Of a stretch of 64,000 nucleotides of DNA, positions 38,835 to 49,256 are shown piece by piece. Origin of the DNA: an uncultured Acidobacteriota bacterium (lineage in GTDB: Bacteria; Acidobacteriota; Thermoanaerobaculia; Multivoradales; JAHEKO01); contig CAVQNG010000003.1 in the NCBI GenBank assembly GCA_963713825.1, positions 128,001 through 192,000 of the forward strand, read 5' to 3'. Numbering within the stretch: position 1 is the first letter of the stretch; every line of letters starts with the position of its first letter. Made by a program: the position numbers and the translations under genes. Below the pieces are notes generated by a model. That model saw nothing but the letters and a program-made list of their open reading frames with translations. It did not search any database and was not told the DNA's origin.

Positions 38835-40640
38835 ATGTCCATGCAGGAAAGAGAGAACCTTCGAAACCTAGCCATTATTGCCCACGTTGATCACGGCAAG
38901 ACGACCCTGGTCGACGCCATGCTCTGGCAGAGCGGCATCTTCGGGGCCCATCATGAGGTACTCGATCGGGTGATGGACTCCATCGACCTGGAACGGGAGA
39001 AGGGCATCACCATCATGGCCAAGAACACGGCCATCGAGTACCAGGGTATCCGCATCAACATTGTCGATACGCCGGGGCACGCCGATTTCGGAGGCGAGGT
39101 CGAACGAACCTTGAAGCTCGTCGATGGAGTGTTGCTGCTCGTAGACGCCTCGGAAGGTCCGCTGCCACAGACCCGCTTCGTGCTCCGCAAGGCTCTCGAC
39201 TCCAAACTGAAGCCGATCGTCGTCATCAACAAGATCGACCGGCCGGATGCTCGCTCCCAGGAAGTCTTGAACGAGATCTACGACCTCTTCATCGACCTCG
39301 ATGCGACCGAAGAGCAACTCGACTTCCCGGTTCTTTACTGCATCGCCAAAGACGGCATCGCCAGCCTCGAGTCCGAGTTCGACGATGGCGACTTACGGCC
39401 GCTCTTCGAGCAGATCCTCGAGACCATTCCCGCGCCCCGATACGATCCCGATACAGCGCTCCAGTTCCTGATCACCTCGCTAGACCACGACGACTACGTC
39501 GGTCGCCTCGCGATCGGTCGAGTCTTCAACGGTCGGGTGAGGAAGGCCCAGGACGTGACCCGCTGCCTGTTGGACGGCTCGACACAGACAGTGAAGGTGA
39601 CGCAACTCTACGGCTACAACGGTCTCGACCGCGTGCCGATCGAAGAGGCGGGTCCGGGGGACATTGTGGCCATCGCTGGCCTGGATGAACTGGCCATCGG
39701 AGAGACTCTTGCAGACCTGGAGAAGCCGCAAGCCCTGCCGCCGATTCTGGTCGATGAGCCGACGCTCGAGATGGTCTTCTCGACCAACACCTCACCCATG
39801 GCCGGCAAAGAGGGGACCCACGTCACCTCGAACAAGCTGCGCGAGCGACTAGTCAAGGAGACCTTGACCAATGTCGCCATCCGACTTGAAGAGACTCCGG
39901 GCAGTGACGCCTTGAAGATCGCCGGTAGAGGTGAGCTCCAGCTCGCAATCCTCATCGAGATGATGCGGCGCGAAGGGTACGAGTTCTCAGTCGGCAAGCC
40001 TCAGGTCATCGTCCACCAGGGTCCCGAAGGCCCCGAAGAGCCCATGGAGCTTCTGACCGTCGACTGTCCCGAAGAGTTCGTCGGTGCGGTCACCCAGAAG
40101 CTGGGCCCCCGCAAAGGTCGAATGCTGCAGATGATCAATCACGGCACCGGCCGAGTGCGGATGGAGTTTCGGATTCCAGCCCGTGGCTTGATCGGCTTCC
40201 GCACGGAGTTTTTGACCGAGACCCGCGGTACCGGAATCATGAACCACATCTTCGACTCGTTTGGACCTTGGCAGGGGGAGATCCCGCACCGCATCACCGG
40301 CGCGCTGGTCGCCGATCGGGAAGGCAGAGTCACGGCATTCGCCATCGACCACCTGCAGCCGAGGGGGATCTTCTTCGTGGCCCCGGGCGACAGGGTGTAC
40401 GAGGGCATGATCATCGGCGAGAACTCCCGCCCTGGAGATCTCGACCTCAACATCACCAAGGAAAAGAAGCTCACCAACATGCGCGCCGCCTCGGCCGATG
40501 AGCTGGTCCGACTGGTACCGCCGATGATCTTGAGTCTGGAGCAGGCTCTCGAGTTTCTAGCCGAGGACGAACAGCTCGAGGTTACGCCCGTGTCCTTCCG
40601 CCTGCGCAAGCGCGCGCTCAAGGCCAATCAACGCAAGTAG
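38835..40640 (+). CDS. typA: Translational GTPase TypA/BipA
   Basis: [49 protein letters not shown]. Confidence 0.97.
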   Translation: MSMQERENLRNLAIIAHVDHGKTTLVDAMLWQSGIFGAHHEVLDRVMDSIDLEREKGITIMAKNTAIEYQGIRINIVDTPGHADFGGEVERTLKLVDGVLLLVDASEGPLPQTRFVLRKALDSKLKPIVVINKIDRPDARSQEVLNEIYDLFIDLDATEEQLDFPVLYCIAKDGIASLESEFDDGDLRPLFEQILETIPAPRYDPDTALQFLITSLDHDDYVGRLAIGRVFNGRVRKAQDVTRCLLDGSTQTVKVTQLYGYNGLDRVPIEEAGPGDIVAIAGLDELAIGETLADLEKPQALPPILVDEPTLEMVFSTNTSPMAGKEGTHVTSNKLRERLVKETLTNVAIRLEETPGSDALKIAGRGELQLAILIEMMRREGYEFSVGKPQVIVHQGPEGPEEPMELLTVDCPEEFVGAVTQKLGPRKGRMLQMINHGTGRVRMEFRIPARGLIGFRTEFLTETRGTGIMNHIFDSFGPWQGEIPHRITGALVADREGRVTAFAIDHLQPRGIFFVAPGDRVYEGMIIGENSRPGDLDLNITKEKKLTNMRAASADELVRLVPPMILSLEQALEFLAEDEQLEVTPVSFRLRKRALKANQRK

Positions 40641-40646
40641 CAGAGA

Positions 40647-41205
40647 GGGGTGAGGCGTCCGGTCGTACCTCCCGGCTGGTCTTTGAGGGCTTGGGGGTTG
40701 AGGAGTCCGTCGTCCCTCCGGCCTATCTTTGCGGTCCTGGACCGATGGTCATCCTCTTTTTAGAGGCCCGTCCGAGTGGTCCGCAGGGGGGCGGCGTCGA
40801 CTACTCAGACTGCGACGGGGGGCCGCCGCCTTGTCTCGTCATCGCGCCCCATCTGTCTTGCTCATTGATGGTCCTTGCGCTGCGCTCGACTCGGCACCCC
40901 CTGTCGAACCACCCGAACGAACCTCTGGCACCGACGGTGCCAGATCGGCTAAGGGGTCTTCTGAGGCGGAGGGGCATGGTCGGGTGAGGCCGCAGACTCA
41001 GGAGACCCCTTGGTCGGTCCTCGTCTTGGAACGGTGCAAGGCCTCGTCAATGCCTCTCCACTTGATGAGGGTTCAGCGTGGGGACACCTCCAGGGGGTTG
41101 GTTGCTGTGGAAGGGAGGAGAACCTCCTGGGGGCGCTGCGTCGGACCCCTAGACAACGGCCAGGTGTCCTTGGACCAGCGCCTGCGCACCACCCGGGCGG
41201 ACCTC
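40647..41205. repeat. Cluster of dispersed repeats: inverted B part (40647-40702), element A copy 3 (40763-40925), B 5' part (40967-41010), decayed inverted A end (41178-41205)
   Basis: By-eye alignment to 6469-6631, 8228-8391 and 8498-8613. Lies between convergent genes. Confidence 0.75.
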
Positions 41206-41219
41206 AATACGACAGCGGC

Positions 41220-42305
41220 TCAACGATCTTCAGTGGAATCAACAGAGCCTTCTAGCAGGACCCGCTCGTGCAGTGCGTCGAGGAGCACGACCGTCGCGTC
41301 GAAGTTCTGCTGGATCTCTCCGTGGGTCTCCTGAGAGATCCCCCTGTAGGGCCTGGCGATCAGGGACACCTTTTGATTCAGCACTCGCAGAGTCATGTCG
41401 GTGTAGCTCGGTGCCCAGAGATTCTTGGGGAAGCGGGTCGGGGCGTACTCAGCCAACTTCCAAGCAAGCTCTGCCACTTCACCGCCAGTCAACTCCAACT
41501 CGATCGGCTTCGAGTAGCCATCGACCGAGTCGCGAAGTCTGGTACTGGCCATGACTCCCTCCACATCCAGGATGAACTCGGACGCGGCTTGCCCACCCGC
41601 ACCATCATTCATCCTCTGAAAGTGGATCCCGAGCGTCACGGGGTCGAGCTCACCCGAAGCGACCTTCTCCAACCCCTCCTCCAGGCTCTCAGCGCCAATC
41701 CCTGTCGCTGCCGGTTCCTCGCAGGAATCGAGCAGGCTGTTCACCAGTTGCGCAAACGACTCGGACTGCACCCCTCGGTTGATCTGAAGCACCTCTTTCT
41801 CGGCACCTGCCACCGAGACTCTCAGAGAGCAGACCACGGAGCGGGCACTGTCCGCCTGCATCCGATCCGGCTCCGGAGAGCCACCGTAGCGGCCGGGTAG
41901 CGAAGCGTAGTCTGCAACCAGGAGTTGCTGCAGCAGACCCGCAATCTCTGACTCGGTCAACTGGAACTGCAGCTCGCCGCCCCAAATGGCCACCCCGGGC
42001 TCGAAGATCTCCACCGACCTGTACTCCGAGCCACCTCGGCAGCCAGCCTGCAGATAGAAGCCGCCGCGCGCTCCGGGATCGGCCGCGGCTCTCTCCAAGC
42101 CGGCACCGAATCGAGCTGTGGTCTCGGAGTCCACGGCGCCGTCTGCCGACGCACCGCTCTGGCTGGAGGTGGGGTCTTCCTGCCTGATGTTGGGGCTTTC
42201 ACCACACGCGATCTGCAGCAGTACTGCAAGGAGAGCGAGAACCCAACCAACCTCGAGGCTCTTCGCCTTGTTCTGGAGTCGAGCCACAGTCTCGGTTTCG
42301 ATCAT
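41220..42305 (-). CDS. Hypothetical lipoprotein with two similar domains
   Basis: Hydrophobic stretch ending LQIAC (lipobox-like). Two repeats of the pattern LT..E.A.L...L......P..Y/W. Confidence 0.7.
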   Translation of the reverse strand: MIETETVARLQNKAKSLEVGWVLALLAVLLQIACGESPNIRQEDPTSSQSGASADGAVDSETTARFGAGLERAAADPGARGGFYLQAGCRGGSEYRSVEIFEPGVAIWGGELQFQLTESEIAGLLQQLLVADYASLPGRYGGSPEPDRMQADSARSVVCSLRVSVAGAEKEVLQINRGVQSESFAQLVNSLLDSCEEPAATGIGAESLEEGLEKVASGELDPVTLGIHFQRMNDGAGGQAASEFILDVEGVMASTRLRDSVDGYSKPIELELTGGEVAELAWKLAEYAPTRFPKNLWAPSYTDMTLRVLNQKVSLIARPYRGISQETHGEIQQNFDATVVLLDALHERVLLEGSVDSTEDR

Positions 42306-42543
42306 AGGGCCAGGAATATAGCAGCGCGGCATGTGCGGGGCGCAGCGCGAGGCATCATTGACGGCCCTGTTGCGTTTTCATTTGCTCAGATCCGGCCTGG
42401 TTCTGTAGGATGACACCAACTTGTCTCCCTAGACCTGCCGGGGGTTTGCCTGGTTGTCTCGATGCAACGGGAGACCCCCCGGCGAGTGGCTCACGGGTAC
42501 CACTGCGCCACGTGGCAGTCCGACGTTCGAACAGGAGGTACTC

Positions 42544-44286
42544 ATGAGCAAGACCCTGACCCTTTTCGTGATCCTGTTGGTGACTCTGCTGGGCCTGGCT
42601 TTCGTTTCGTCCAGATCGCTGCAAGATCGAGCCGAATCAGGAGCAGTCCTCAAGCCCTCACCGGCCTCTCCAGCTGGCATTCGCGGCTCAGGTCCGAGTG
42701 GTGGCCCTTCCAGCGACGCGGGCGTTTTTCAGGCTAACGGGCCCTATCGGGTCCGACTGAGTGAAGTCCAGACCGGTTTCGTTCCGGACCTGAATGTTGT
42801 TGCACCGCCGGCTGACATGCCCATTTCCGATGCCGAGGCAGAGCTCCTGCGCCAGAGGGCCATGCTCATGCCGCCGGATAGTGACGTCCAGATCGCGACT
42901 TCGGCACCCGCTAGCCTGGCACCTAAGCTCGGTGTCAGCTTCCAGGGCCTGGACGCCGAGGACTCCAATTCTTCTGGGGTCAGCACTCCGCCCGATCCCG
43001 AGCTAGGGGTCGGTAAGGACTACGTCATTCCAGTGGTCAACGTCTCGTTCAAGATCTACGACAAGACCGGTGCCGTGGTTCAGAACACGACCACTTTCGC
43101 TTCCTTCATGTCGGCCAATTCAGACTGCGTCGGGGTCTTCGACCCGAACGTCGCCTACGACGAGGCCGAGGATCGTTACATCCTGGGTATCGACGCCAAC
43201 GGCACGGACTACTGTGTGGCGGTGAGCGCGAATCCAGGCGATGTCGACAATTGGAACCTCTACAGCATTCCAACGCTGCAGGGCTGTGGGACCTTTCACG
43301 ACTACCCGCACATCGGAGTCGGTCCCGACCTGATCGTCATGGGAGCGAACCAATTCGCCGGCGGTTTCTGCGAGGGGAGGGTCTGGGCGATGGACAAGGC
43401 GGCCATGTATGCCGGCAACGCCATGAGCTTCGCTACAAAGAGCACGAGCGGCGACGGCACGCCAATGCCGGCCAACTATCACGGTGACGACATCACCAAT
43501 GCCTCACCCGAGGCGACTCCGTCTCACTGGTTCATGACCGAGACCTTCGATGGCTGCACCCACAACGTCTGGACCTGGGACGATCCGCTCAGTGGTGCCA
43601 GCCCGACCAGGGGCTCCAACCTGAATCTGTGCACTGCGTCCGGAGTCAGCGCCGGGTTCCCGGTCAGCTGGCCGCAGCAGGGAGGCAACAACCTGCAAGG
43701 CAACGACTGGCGGGGACAGTCCAGCGAATTGATGAACGGCATCATCACCATGACGAACCAGACGATTTCTTGTAATCCTGGTAGTGGCACGGTGGACTGC
43801 GTCCGTTGGGCGCAGATCAACCCCACCACCAATACGATCGTGGACGCGGGCGTTCTCGGGTCCAATGGTGACTACAGAACCTTTGCCAACGGCGTCTCGA
43901 ACTCATGCGGGGACATGGCGGTCGGCTACTCGAAGGGAAGCAGCTCGACCTTTCCCTCGACCTATGTCACCGGCCGTCTGAGCACCGATCCGGCAGGCAC
44001 CCTGCAGGCCGAGACCCTCCTCAAAGCGGGCGAGGGGACATTCACCTGCTTTGACGGCTCGCCTCACAGGTGGGGTGACTACACCGGCATGACGATCGAC
44101 CCGGATGGGGCCACCTTCTGGTACCTGGGTCAGTACTCGAAGCCGGGAGCTCACGCCGTTTGCGACTGGAGCACCTACATCGGCTCCTTCACTTTCGATG
44201 GCTGCTCGCCGGCAGACGTCATCTTTTCGGACGGTTTCAAGTCCGGAGATACTACGCGTTGGAGTAGCACGGTCGGTGGACCGTAG
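42544..44286 (+). CDS. Secreted protein of unknown function with C-terminal IFxDGFxSGD motif
   Basis: AGGAGG SD, signal peptide, PPDP..GVG, FDP...YD, DYP, RWGDY..M.IDP motifs; ends DVIFSDGFKSGDTTRWS. Confidence 0.8.
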   Translation: MSKTLTLFVILLVTLLGLAFVSSRSLQDRAESGAVLKPSPASPAGIRGSGPSGGPSSDAGVFQANGPYRVRLSEVQTGFVPDLNVVAPPADMPISDAEAELLRQRAMLMPPDSDVQIATSAPASLAPKLGVSFQGLDAEDSNSSGVSTPPDPELGVGKDYVIPVVNVSFKIYDKTGAVVQNTTTFASFMSANSDCVGVFDPNVAYDEAEDRYILGIDANGTDYCVAVSANPGDVDNWNLYSIPTLQGCGTFHDYPHIGVGPDLIVMGANQFAGGFCEGRVWAMDKAAMYAGNAMSFATKSTSGDGTPMPANYHGDDITNASPEATPSHWFMTETFDGCTHNVWTWDDPLSGASPTRGSNLNLCTASGVSAGFPVSWPQQGGNNLQGNDWRGQSSELMNGIITMTNQTISCNPGSGTVDCVRWAQINPTTNTIVDAGVLGSNGDYRTFANGVSNSCGDMAVGYSKGSSSTFPSTYVTGRLSTDPAGTLQAETLLKAGEGTFTCFDGSPHRWGDYTGMTIDPDGATFWYLGQYSKPGAHAVCDWSTYIGSFTFDGCSPADVIFSDGFKSGDTTRWSSTVGGP

Positions 44287-44363
44287 GAGGATCCGAGCTG
44301 ACACGCTCCTCGGGCTCGATTGCAAGCTCCGACGAGGCGAAGACAAATATGGGCCGGGCAGTT

Positions 44364-44837
44364 CTACTGCCTGGCCCTTTTGCCGTCTTCTGCAACTCGC
44401 ATGAGCTGGAGGACCTTGGCGACAGCCGGTACGGCTCCGACCATGGAGAGAGGAACTCCCTTGTCGGCGAGAATCCGTTTTGCCTTGAGTAGGATCTCGA
44501 GGGCGGGAACGTTGACCAACGGGCTACCGGCCAGGTCCAACTCGATCTGATTGGCCCCCTTCATCGCCAACCGCTGGGCCAATTTGCTGATCTCGATGCC
44601 ACCCTCACGGTTGATGTAGCCCTGTGTGCGGATTCTCGCCGAGGTCCCATCCCGCTTCACCGTCAGTTCCAGGGACACGCTCCACCCGGTACCAGAGTGC
44701 TTCGCAGTGGCTCTCTCTCGGCCCGATCCCATTTCACCTGCTCCCATTTCGCCCGGCTGGTAGGAGTGGCGCCCCCCGGCACTCATCATCGAACGAAGGA
44801 ACTCCCTACCTCCCGCTCGCTGATCTCCGCCGTTCAT
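44364..44837 (-). CDS. STAS-domain protein (anti-sigma antagonist-like)
   Basis: GYIN...IELDLAGSPLVNVPALEILL...V.KVLQLM is a STAS pattern. Start position uncertain. Confidence 0.6.
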   Translation of the reverse strand: MNGGDQRAGGREFLRSMMSAGGRHSYQPGEMGAGEMGSGRERATAKHSGTGWSVSLELTVKRDGTSARIRTQGYINREGGIEISKLAQRLAMKGANQIELDLAGSPLVNVPALEILLKAKRILADKGVPLSMVGAVPAVAKVLQLMRVAEDGKRARQ

Positions 44838-44928
44838 GGATCGTCCCCCGTTCTGATACGCGACAGTGGCTTCGGCTCGCCGCAGCGCAGATCCGTTGGT
44901 CAGATACCAATCAATGAATCGAAATGCC

Positions 44929-44944
44929 TGCATACCCTGTGCCA
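44929..44944 (-). promoter_or_regulatory. Candidate sigma54 promoter for the STAS gene
   Basis: TGGCACAGGGTATGCA on the minus strand, GG-N10-GC. Confidence 0.55.
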
Positions 44945-44983
44945 TACTGCTCGAGGCAGCCGAACCTGGGAGACCCGGAAATC

Positions 44984-46930
44984 ATGAGCGTCCCGTCGAT
45001 CACCCCCTATGTGGTTGGACAGTGGGTCCGTGGTGAGCGTTTCTACGGCCGCCAGAACCATCTCCAGGAAATCCTCGCAGGTCCCAGAGAAAGCCTGTGG
45101 TTGTTGGGAACTCGCCGTATCGGCAAGACTTCCCTGTTGCGACAGCTGGAGTGGATGGCGTCGCAGAGACCCGAGCTGGGGTATCTACCTCTGTTCTGGG
45201 ATCTGCAAGGCACCGACGATCCCGCTGAGCTGCATCTGAGCTTTCACGATGCGCTCCTGGACTCTGAAGAGCGCTGGTCCGAGCTGGGAATCGAGGTCGC
45301 AACGCTCGATCCCGACGATCTTTTTGCCAGTCTGACGCACCTGCGGCGCCAGATTCGCACGACCGGCCGCCGTTTGCTGCTGCTCTGCGACGAGGTCGAG
45401 GAGTTGATCCAACTTCAACTCCGAGACGCATCGCTCTTGAGCAAGATGCGGCGTGCCCTACAGGCGGGTGAAGAGATAAGGGTCGTACTGGCTTCGACGA
45501 TTCGCTTGTGGGCTCTCGCCGGGCAGCGCGTTGACACCTCCCCATTCCTTCTTGGCTTCTCGCCGCCCCTGTTCCTGTCCTCCTTAGAGGACGAGGAAGC
45601 GCGATCACTGGTCGTTCAGGATCATCTGGATGATGCGCTTCGACCTGTTCTGAGCGCTCAGGATGTACAGCAAATCTGCGATCACTGTTCCAATCATCCC
45701 TACCTGCTGCAGCTCGTTTCCAAGCGCTTTCTCGAGGCGGGAGATCTGGCGTCGGCCGTCGAGGAAGTCATGGCCGACGACATGGTCGCTCACTTCTTCG
45801 CTGTCGACTTTCGGATGCTAGGCGCCGAGGAGAAGAGAGTTCTGCGTGCTTTGCGCCACCAGGACGAGTTACCACTGGAGACCTTGACCAAGGACCCGGC
45901 CGACACCCACTCGCTCGAGAGCAGTCTGTTACGGCTCGAAGAGCTCGGCTTCCTCCGAAGACCCAGTCCGAGAACCTACTCCCTCGCCAACCCGTTCTTC
46001 CAGCATTGGCTGAAGGAGCTGCCCGAGGCCACGTTGCCGGGTACCTCGCCAGACTCGGCCGGGGACGACTTGCAGGATCTCGCGAAGGGGGAAGGCGGTG
46101 CCGTCCTGGTGGACAACCGCTATCTGCTGCTCGAGCAGATCGGAGAGGGCGGCATGGGCAGGGTCTTTCTGGCCACGGACCGCCTTCTTCGAACACGGGT
46201 GGCGATCAAGATCCTGCGCCCGGAGTTCTCGGAAGAGCCACAGATCCTGGAGCGTTTTCGCCGGGAGATCATGCTTTCCCGTGACCTGGGTCACCCGAAC
46301 GTGCTTCGTGTCTACCACCTCGGCCAGGACGAAAGCCGGCGGTACCTGACCATGCAGTGGGTCGAAGGTCCAGATCTAGGTCAACTACTCGCTGACACAG
46401 GCCCCCTCGAGGAGTCCAGGACCGTCCAGATTGCAGTCAAGCTGGCCTCGGCACTGGAGGCGGCGCACCAACGGGGTGTGATCCATCGCGACATCAAGCC
46501 CCAGAACATCCTCCTCGACCAGGAATCAGAACCTCTGCTGACCGACTTCGGACTGGCGCGCGAGCTCGAGGACGACGGAATCACCAGTTCGGGGATGTTC
46601 CTGGGAACTCCCAACTATGCGTCTCCCGAACAAGCCTCGGCTCTGCCGCTGGACGCAAGATCCGATCTCTACTCCTTCGGGGTCGTTCTGTTCGAAATGT
46701 CCACCGGCAAGCGACCCTTCGCAGCGGATAGCGCCGCCGAAGTGCTGCAAGAGCACCGTGCGACTCCGCCGCCGGATCCGAGGTCTTTGGCGCCCGATCT
46801 CTCCACCGGATTCTCGTCAATTATCCTCCGCTGCCTGGAAAAGAGCCCCGATCGGCGGTTCGAATCGGCCGCCGAACTGCGCCAGGCTCTCGAGACTCTG
46901 GACTACATTCCCAATCGCTCGCTGTCCTGA
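44984..46930 (+). CDS. STAND-like P-loop ATPase fused to a C-terminal Hanks-type Ser/Thr kinase (cytoplasmic)
   Basis: PYVVG..V....FYGR, GTRRIGKTS, LLLCDEVE, HPYLLQ, then IGEGGMG, VAIK, HRDIKPQN, DFG, SPEQ. No TM segment. Confidence 0.9.
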   Translation: MSVPSITPYVVGQWVRGERFYGRQNHLQEILAGPRESLWLLGTRRIGKTSLLRQLEWMASQRPELGYLPLFWDLQGTDDPAELHLSFHDALLDSEERWSELGIEVATLDPDDLFASLTHLRRQIRTTGRRLLLLCDEVEELIQLQLRDASLLSKMRRALQAGEEIRVVLASTIRLWALAGQRVDTSPFLLGFSPPLFLSSLEDEEARSLVVQDHLDDALRPVLSAQDVQQICDHCSNHPYLLQLVSKRFLEAGDLASAVEEVMADDMVAHFFAVDFRMLGAEEKRVLRALRHQDELPLETLTKDPADTHSLESSLLRLEELGFLRRPSPRTYSLANPFFQHWLKELPEATLPGTSPDSAGDDLQDLAKGEGGAVLVDNRYLLLEQIGEGGMGRVFLATDRLLRTRVAIKILRPEFSEEPQILERFRREIMLSRDLGHPNVLRVYHLGQDESRRYLTMQWVEGPDLGQLLADTGPLEESRTVQIAVKLASALEAAHQRGVIHRDIKPQNILLDQESEPLLTDFGLARELEDDGITSSGMFLGTPNYASPEQASALPLDARSDLYSFGVVLFEMSTGKRPFAADSAAEVLQEHRATPPPDPRSLAPDLSTGFSSIILRCLEKSPDRRFESAAELRQALETLDYIPNRSLS

Positions 46931-47085
46931 TCTCCCAACTGCGGACCCTCGTCGGCTCCGTCGCGTCTTCGAGTGGAGGTGACCGAAATGCGCGACCGGA
47001 CGAAAGACAGCCGCCTGGGGTTCCACCTCCCCCTTTTTAATAGGGTGGCTGCTCGGAAGTCTCGTCACTTTGCAAGGAGACGACG

Positions 47086-47787
47086 ATGCTTCGACACCAT
47101 TCGCACCGTGTTCTATTGATTGGCTTGGCTTGCCTCGCGGCCGCGTTGCTCGCAATGCCCGCGACAGCCGGCGATGGACAATGGCACCTGCGTGTCCAGG
47201 CCGTCTGGGTCCAGCCCGACCTCGATTGGCGAATGTCCCCCGCGCCAGGCGATGTCGTCAGCGTGGATGCCGACGATGCCTGGGGCCTGGGAGTCAGTGG
47301 CGAATACCAGGTTTCGGATCTTCTCGGCGTTGAGCTGGGGATCATGCGAGCAGTTCCAGACGTCAATATCCTCCTCGAGGACACGCTCCTCGGAGTCTCC
47401 CTCAAGGCAACCGATGACCTGACCATGACACCCCTGAGTATCGGATTGAACTTCCATCTGACCCCCGGACAGCGCTTCGATCTCTATCTCGGACCGTTCC
47501 TGGCCTACGTGCTCTACAGCGACCTCGAGTGGAGAGTGAACGAGACGATCGACGTAGGTGGTGTGCCGATTGTCATCGACGAAACACTGCGCATGTCCGT
47601 CGCCAACGATCTGGCCTACGGAGCCGTTGCCGGTGTCGACATCCCGGTTGGCTCCAGGGGCTGGTACTTGAGCGGCACCTTGAAGTACATGGCTACCGAA
47701 TTGGACATCACCGACCCCGATGGAGACAGTGAGAACCTGAGCCTCGACCCCATCATCGTGGCAATCGGAGTGCGGTACTCCTTCTAG
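47086..47787 (+). CDS. OmpW-like 8-stranded outer-membrane beta-barrel
   Basis: AAGGAG SD, signal peptide, TPLSIGLNFH, YLGP, LDP....GVRYSF terminal Phe. Confidence 0.85.
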   Translation: MLRHHSHRVLLIGLACLAAALLAMPATAGDGQWHLRVQAVWVQPDLDWRMSPAPGDVVSVDADDAWGLGVSGEYQVSDLLGVELGIMRAVPDVNILLEDTLLGVSLKATDDLTMTPLSIGLNFHLTPGQRFDLYLGPFLAYVLYSDLEWRVNETIDVGGVPIVIDETLRMSVANDLAYGAVAGVDIPVGSRGWYLSGTLKYMATELDITDPDGDSENLSLDPIIVAIGVRYSF

Positions 47788-47870
47788 ACGGCTTCCTTGT
47801 CGAGGATCGCACGACTTTCTAGGGCCGATCGGGAACACCCTGGTCGGCCCTGATTCGCTGCGCATAGAGA

Positions 47871-49256
47871 TCAAAAGCTGAATATCGCGGACAGAGAGAT
47901 GGTGTCGACGAGCTCCGAGAAATCAATCGCTCCGTCGAGCTGGAAGCGTTCGAAGGCCATCCCGAACCCAACCGCATAGTGCATCTCGTCTCCGACTGGA
48001 CGAAGAAGGGCCTGCGTATATGGATTGTCGCTCGTTGCCCGCAGGACATGGTCCGGATCGAGCCAGGCACCTGCCCGCAGTGCAAGCAGCGGCCTGGATC
48101 CCAGGAACACGTATTCGCAACCGATGTGAACTTCATCGCCATCATCGACAGTTTGATCTTCGAGCTCCATGCTCTTCGCCATATCCGAGTAGGTGATTCG
48201 ATCCCACTCGAGCGCAGCGGTCCAGCGACCGCCAGGCGACCGGAAGGCAACACCTAGGCCGTAGGTATCCGGGTACTTTGCCGTCGGAAAGGCCTCGGAC
48301 TCGATCACGAATCCCGGCGGAAACCCCAGAGAGTTGGCCGGACCGAAGAGAGCGGCGCCCGTGATGTGGATCTCGGGGCCCTCGCGGAACTTGCCCCCCA
48401 GAGTCCAGGCCTGTGAAAATCTCCAAAGAAAACCACCGGTAAACCCCATGTCCTTGTCGTCCTGCGTCAGAGTGGTTGTGGTGACCAAGTTCTCGGGGCC
48501 AAAGGACGTGGGAGTTCCGAGCAGGTCGTAGGGGGCGTCCCACCGGTGAACCGAGCCGATCATCGTCACCTCGGCGTCGTAGAGCACCAGGCCGATACCC
48601 AGGCTCAAGCTGTCCGTGATCCTGACCGCCGATGAAAATCCATAAGAGGTGATCAGGGCATCGGCACTCGCCACCTGATCGAGGTAGCGATCCCGGGTGA
48701 GTCGGCCATCTTTGAAGAGTCCCTGGGTGAAGGCAGTGGATTCGAACTTCAGGTACAGATGGCGATAGAGAGCGAACGACCAACGTCCCCTTGGATAGAC
48801 GAATGAAAGAAAGGAAACACCCGTTGAGTCGTCTGATGAGATCCCGGTCCTCAAGCCGATCTCCGTGTCGAGACCGATGCCGGTCGGAGAACCCTGAACG
48901 TTGCCGCTGATTGTGAAGGGTGTCGAGTAGCTCCAGTGCCGGCCTTCGACAGAGACTTCGGGTTCAGCCAGCTGCACCAGGCCAGCGGGATTCGCGAAAG
49001 CTGCCGTGGCATCGTCGGCCAGCGCCAAGAAGGCTCCGCCGAGACCCAAACTCCGGGCTCCGGGATTGGCCAGGCTGAAGTGTGGCGTGAAGATGAGCTG
49101 GGCGAATTCGTTGGCTCTGACCGCCGGGGCAGAGCAAATCACCAACGCCACCAAGAGCAGGTCCTTCAGCCCTCGAGGGGTCCTCAGCGATCTGGGATAG
49201 TCGACTGGGGCTCGGCTTCCCGCGGCAGGTCTCAACCCTTCCGATAGCTCTGTCAT
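47871..49256 (-). CDS. FadL/OMPP1-like outer-membrane beta-barrel
   Basis: GARSLGLGGAFLALADDATAAFANPAGL N-terminal hatch motif, terminal SAIFSF. ATGA-coupled to the sigma fusion gene. Confidence 0.85.
   Translation of the reverse strand: MTELSEGLRPAAGSRAPVDYPRSLRTPRGLKDLLLVALVICSAPAVRANEFAQLIFTPHFSLANPGARSLGLGGAFLALADDATAAFANPAGLVQLAEPEVSVEGRHWSYSTPFTISGNVQGSPTGIGLDTEIGLRTGISSDDSTGVSFLSFVYPRGRWSFALYRHLYLKFESTAFTQGLFKDGRLTRDRYLDQVASADALITSYGFSSAVRITDSLSLGIGLVLYDAEVTMIGSVHRWDAPYDLLGTPTSFGPENLVTTTTLTQDDKDMGFTGGFLWRFSQAWTLGGKFREGPEIHITGAALFGPANSLGFPPGFVIESEAFPTAKYPDTYGLGVAFRSPGGRWTAALEWDRITYSDMAKSMELEDQTVDDGDEVHIGCEYVFLGSRPLLALRAGAWLDPDHVLRATSDNPYTQALLRPVGDEMHYAVGFGMAFERFQLDGAIDFSELVDTISLSAIFSF

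Noticed and set aside
40691-41334. ORFs across the typA downstream gap
   Set aside because: They translate the non-coding repeats; the same pseudo-peptide appears at 8230-8400.
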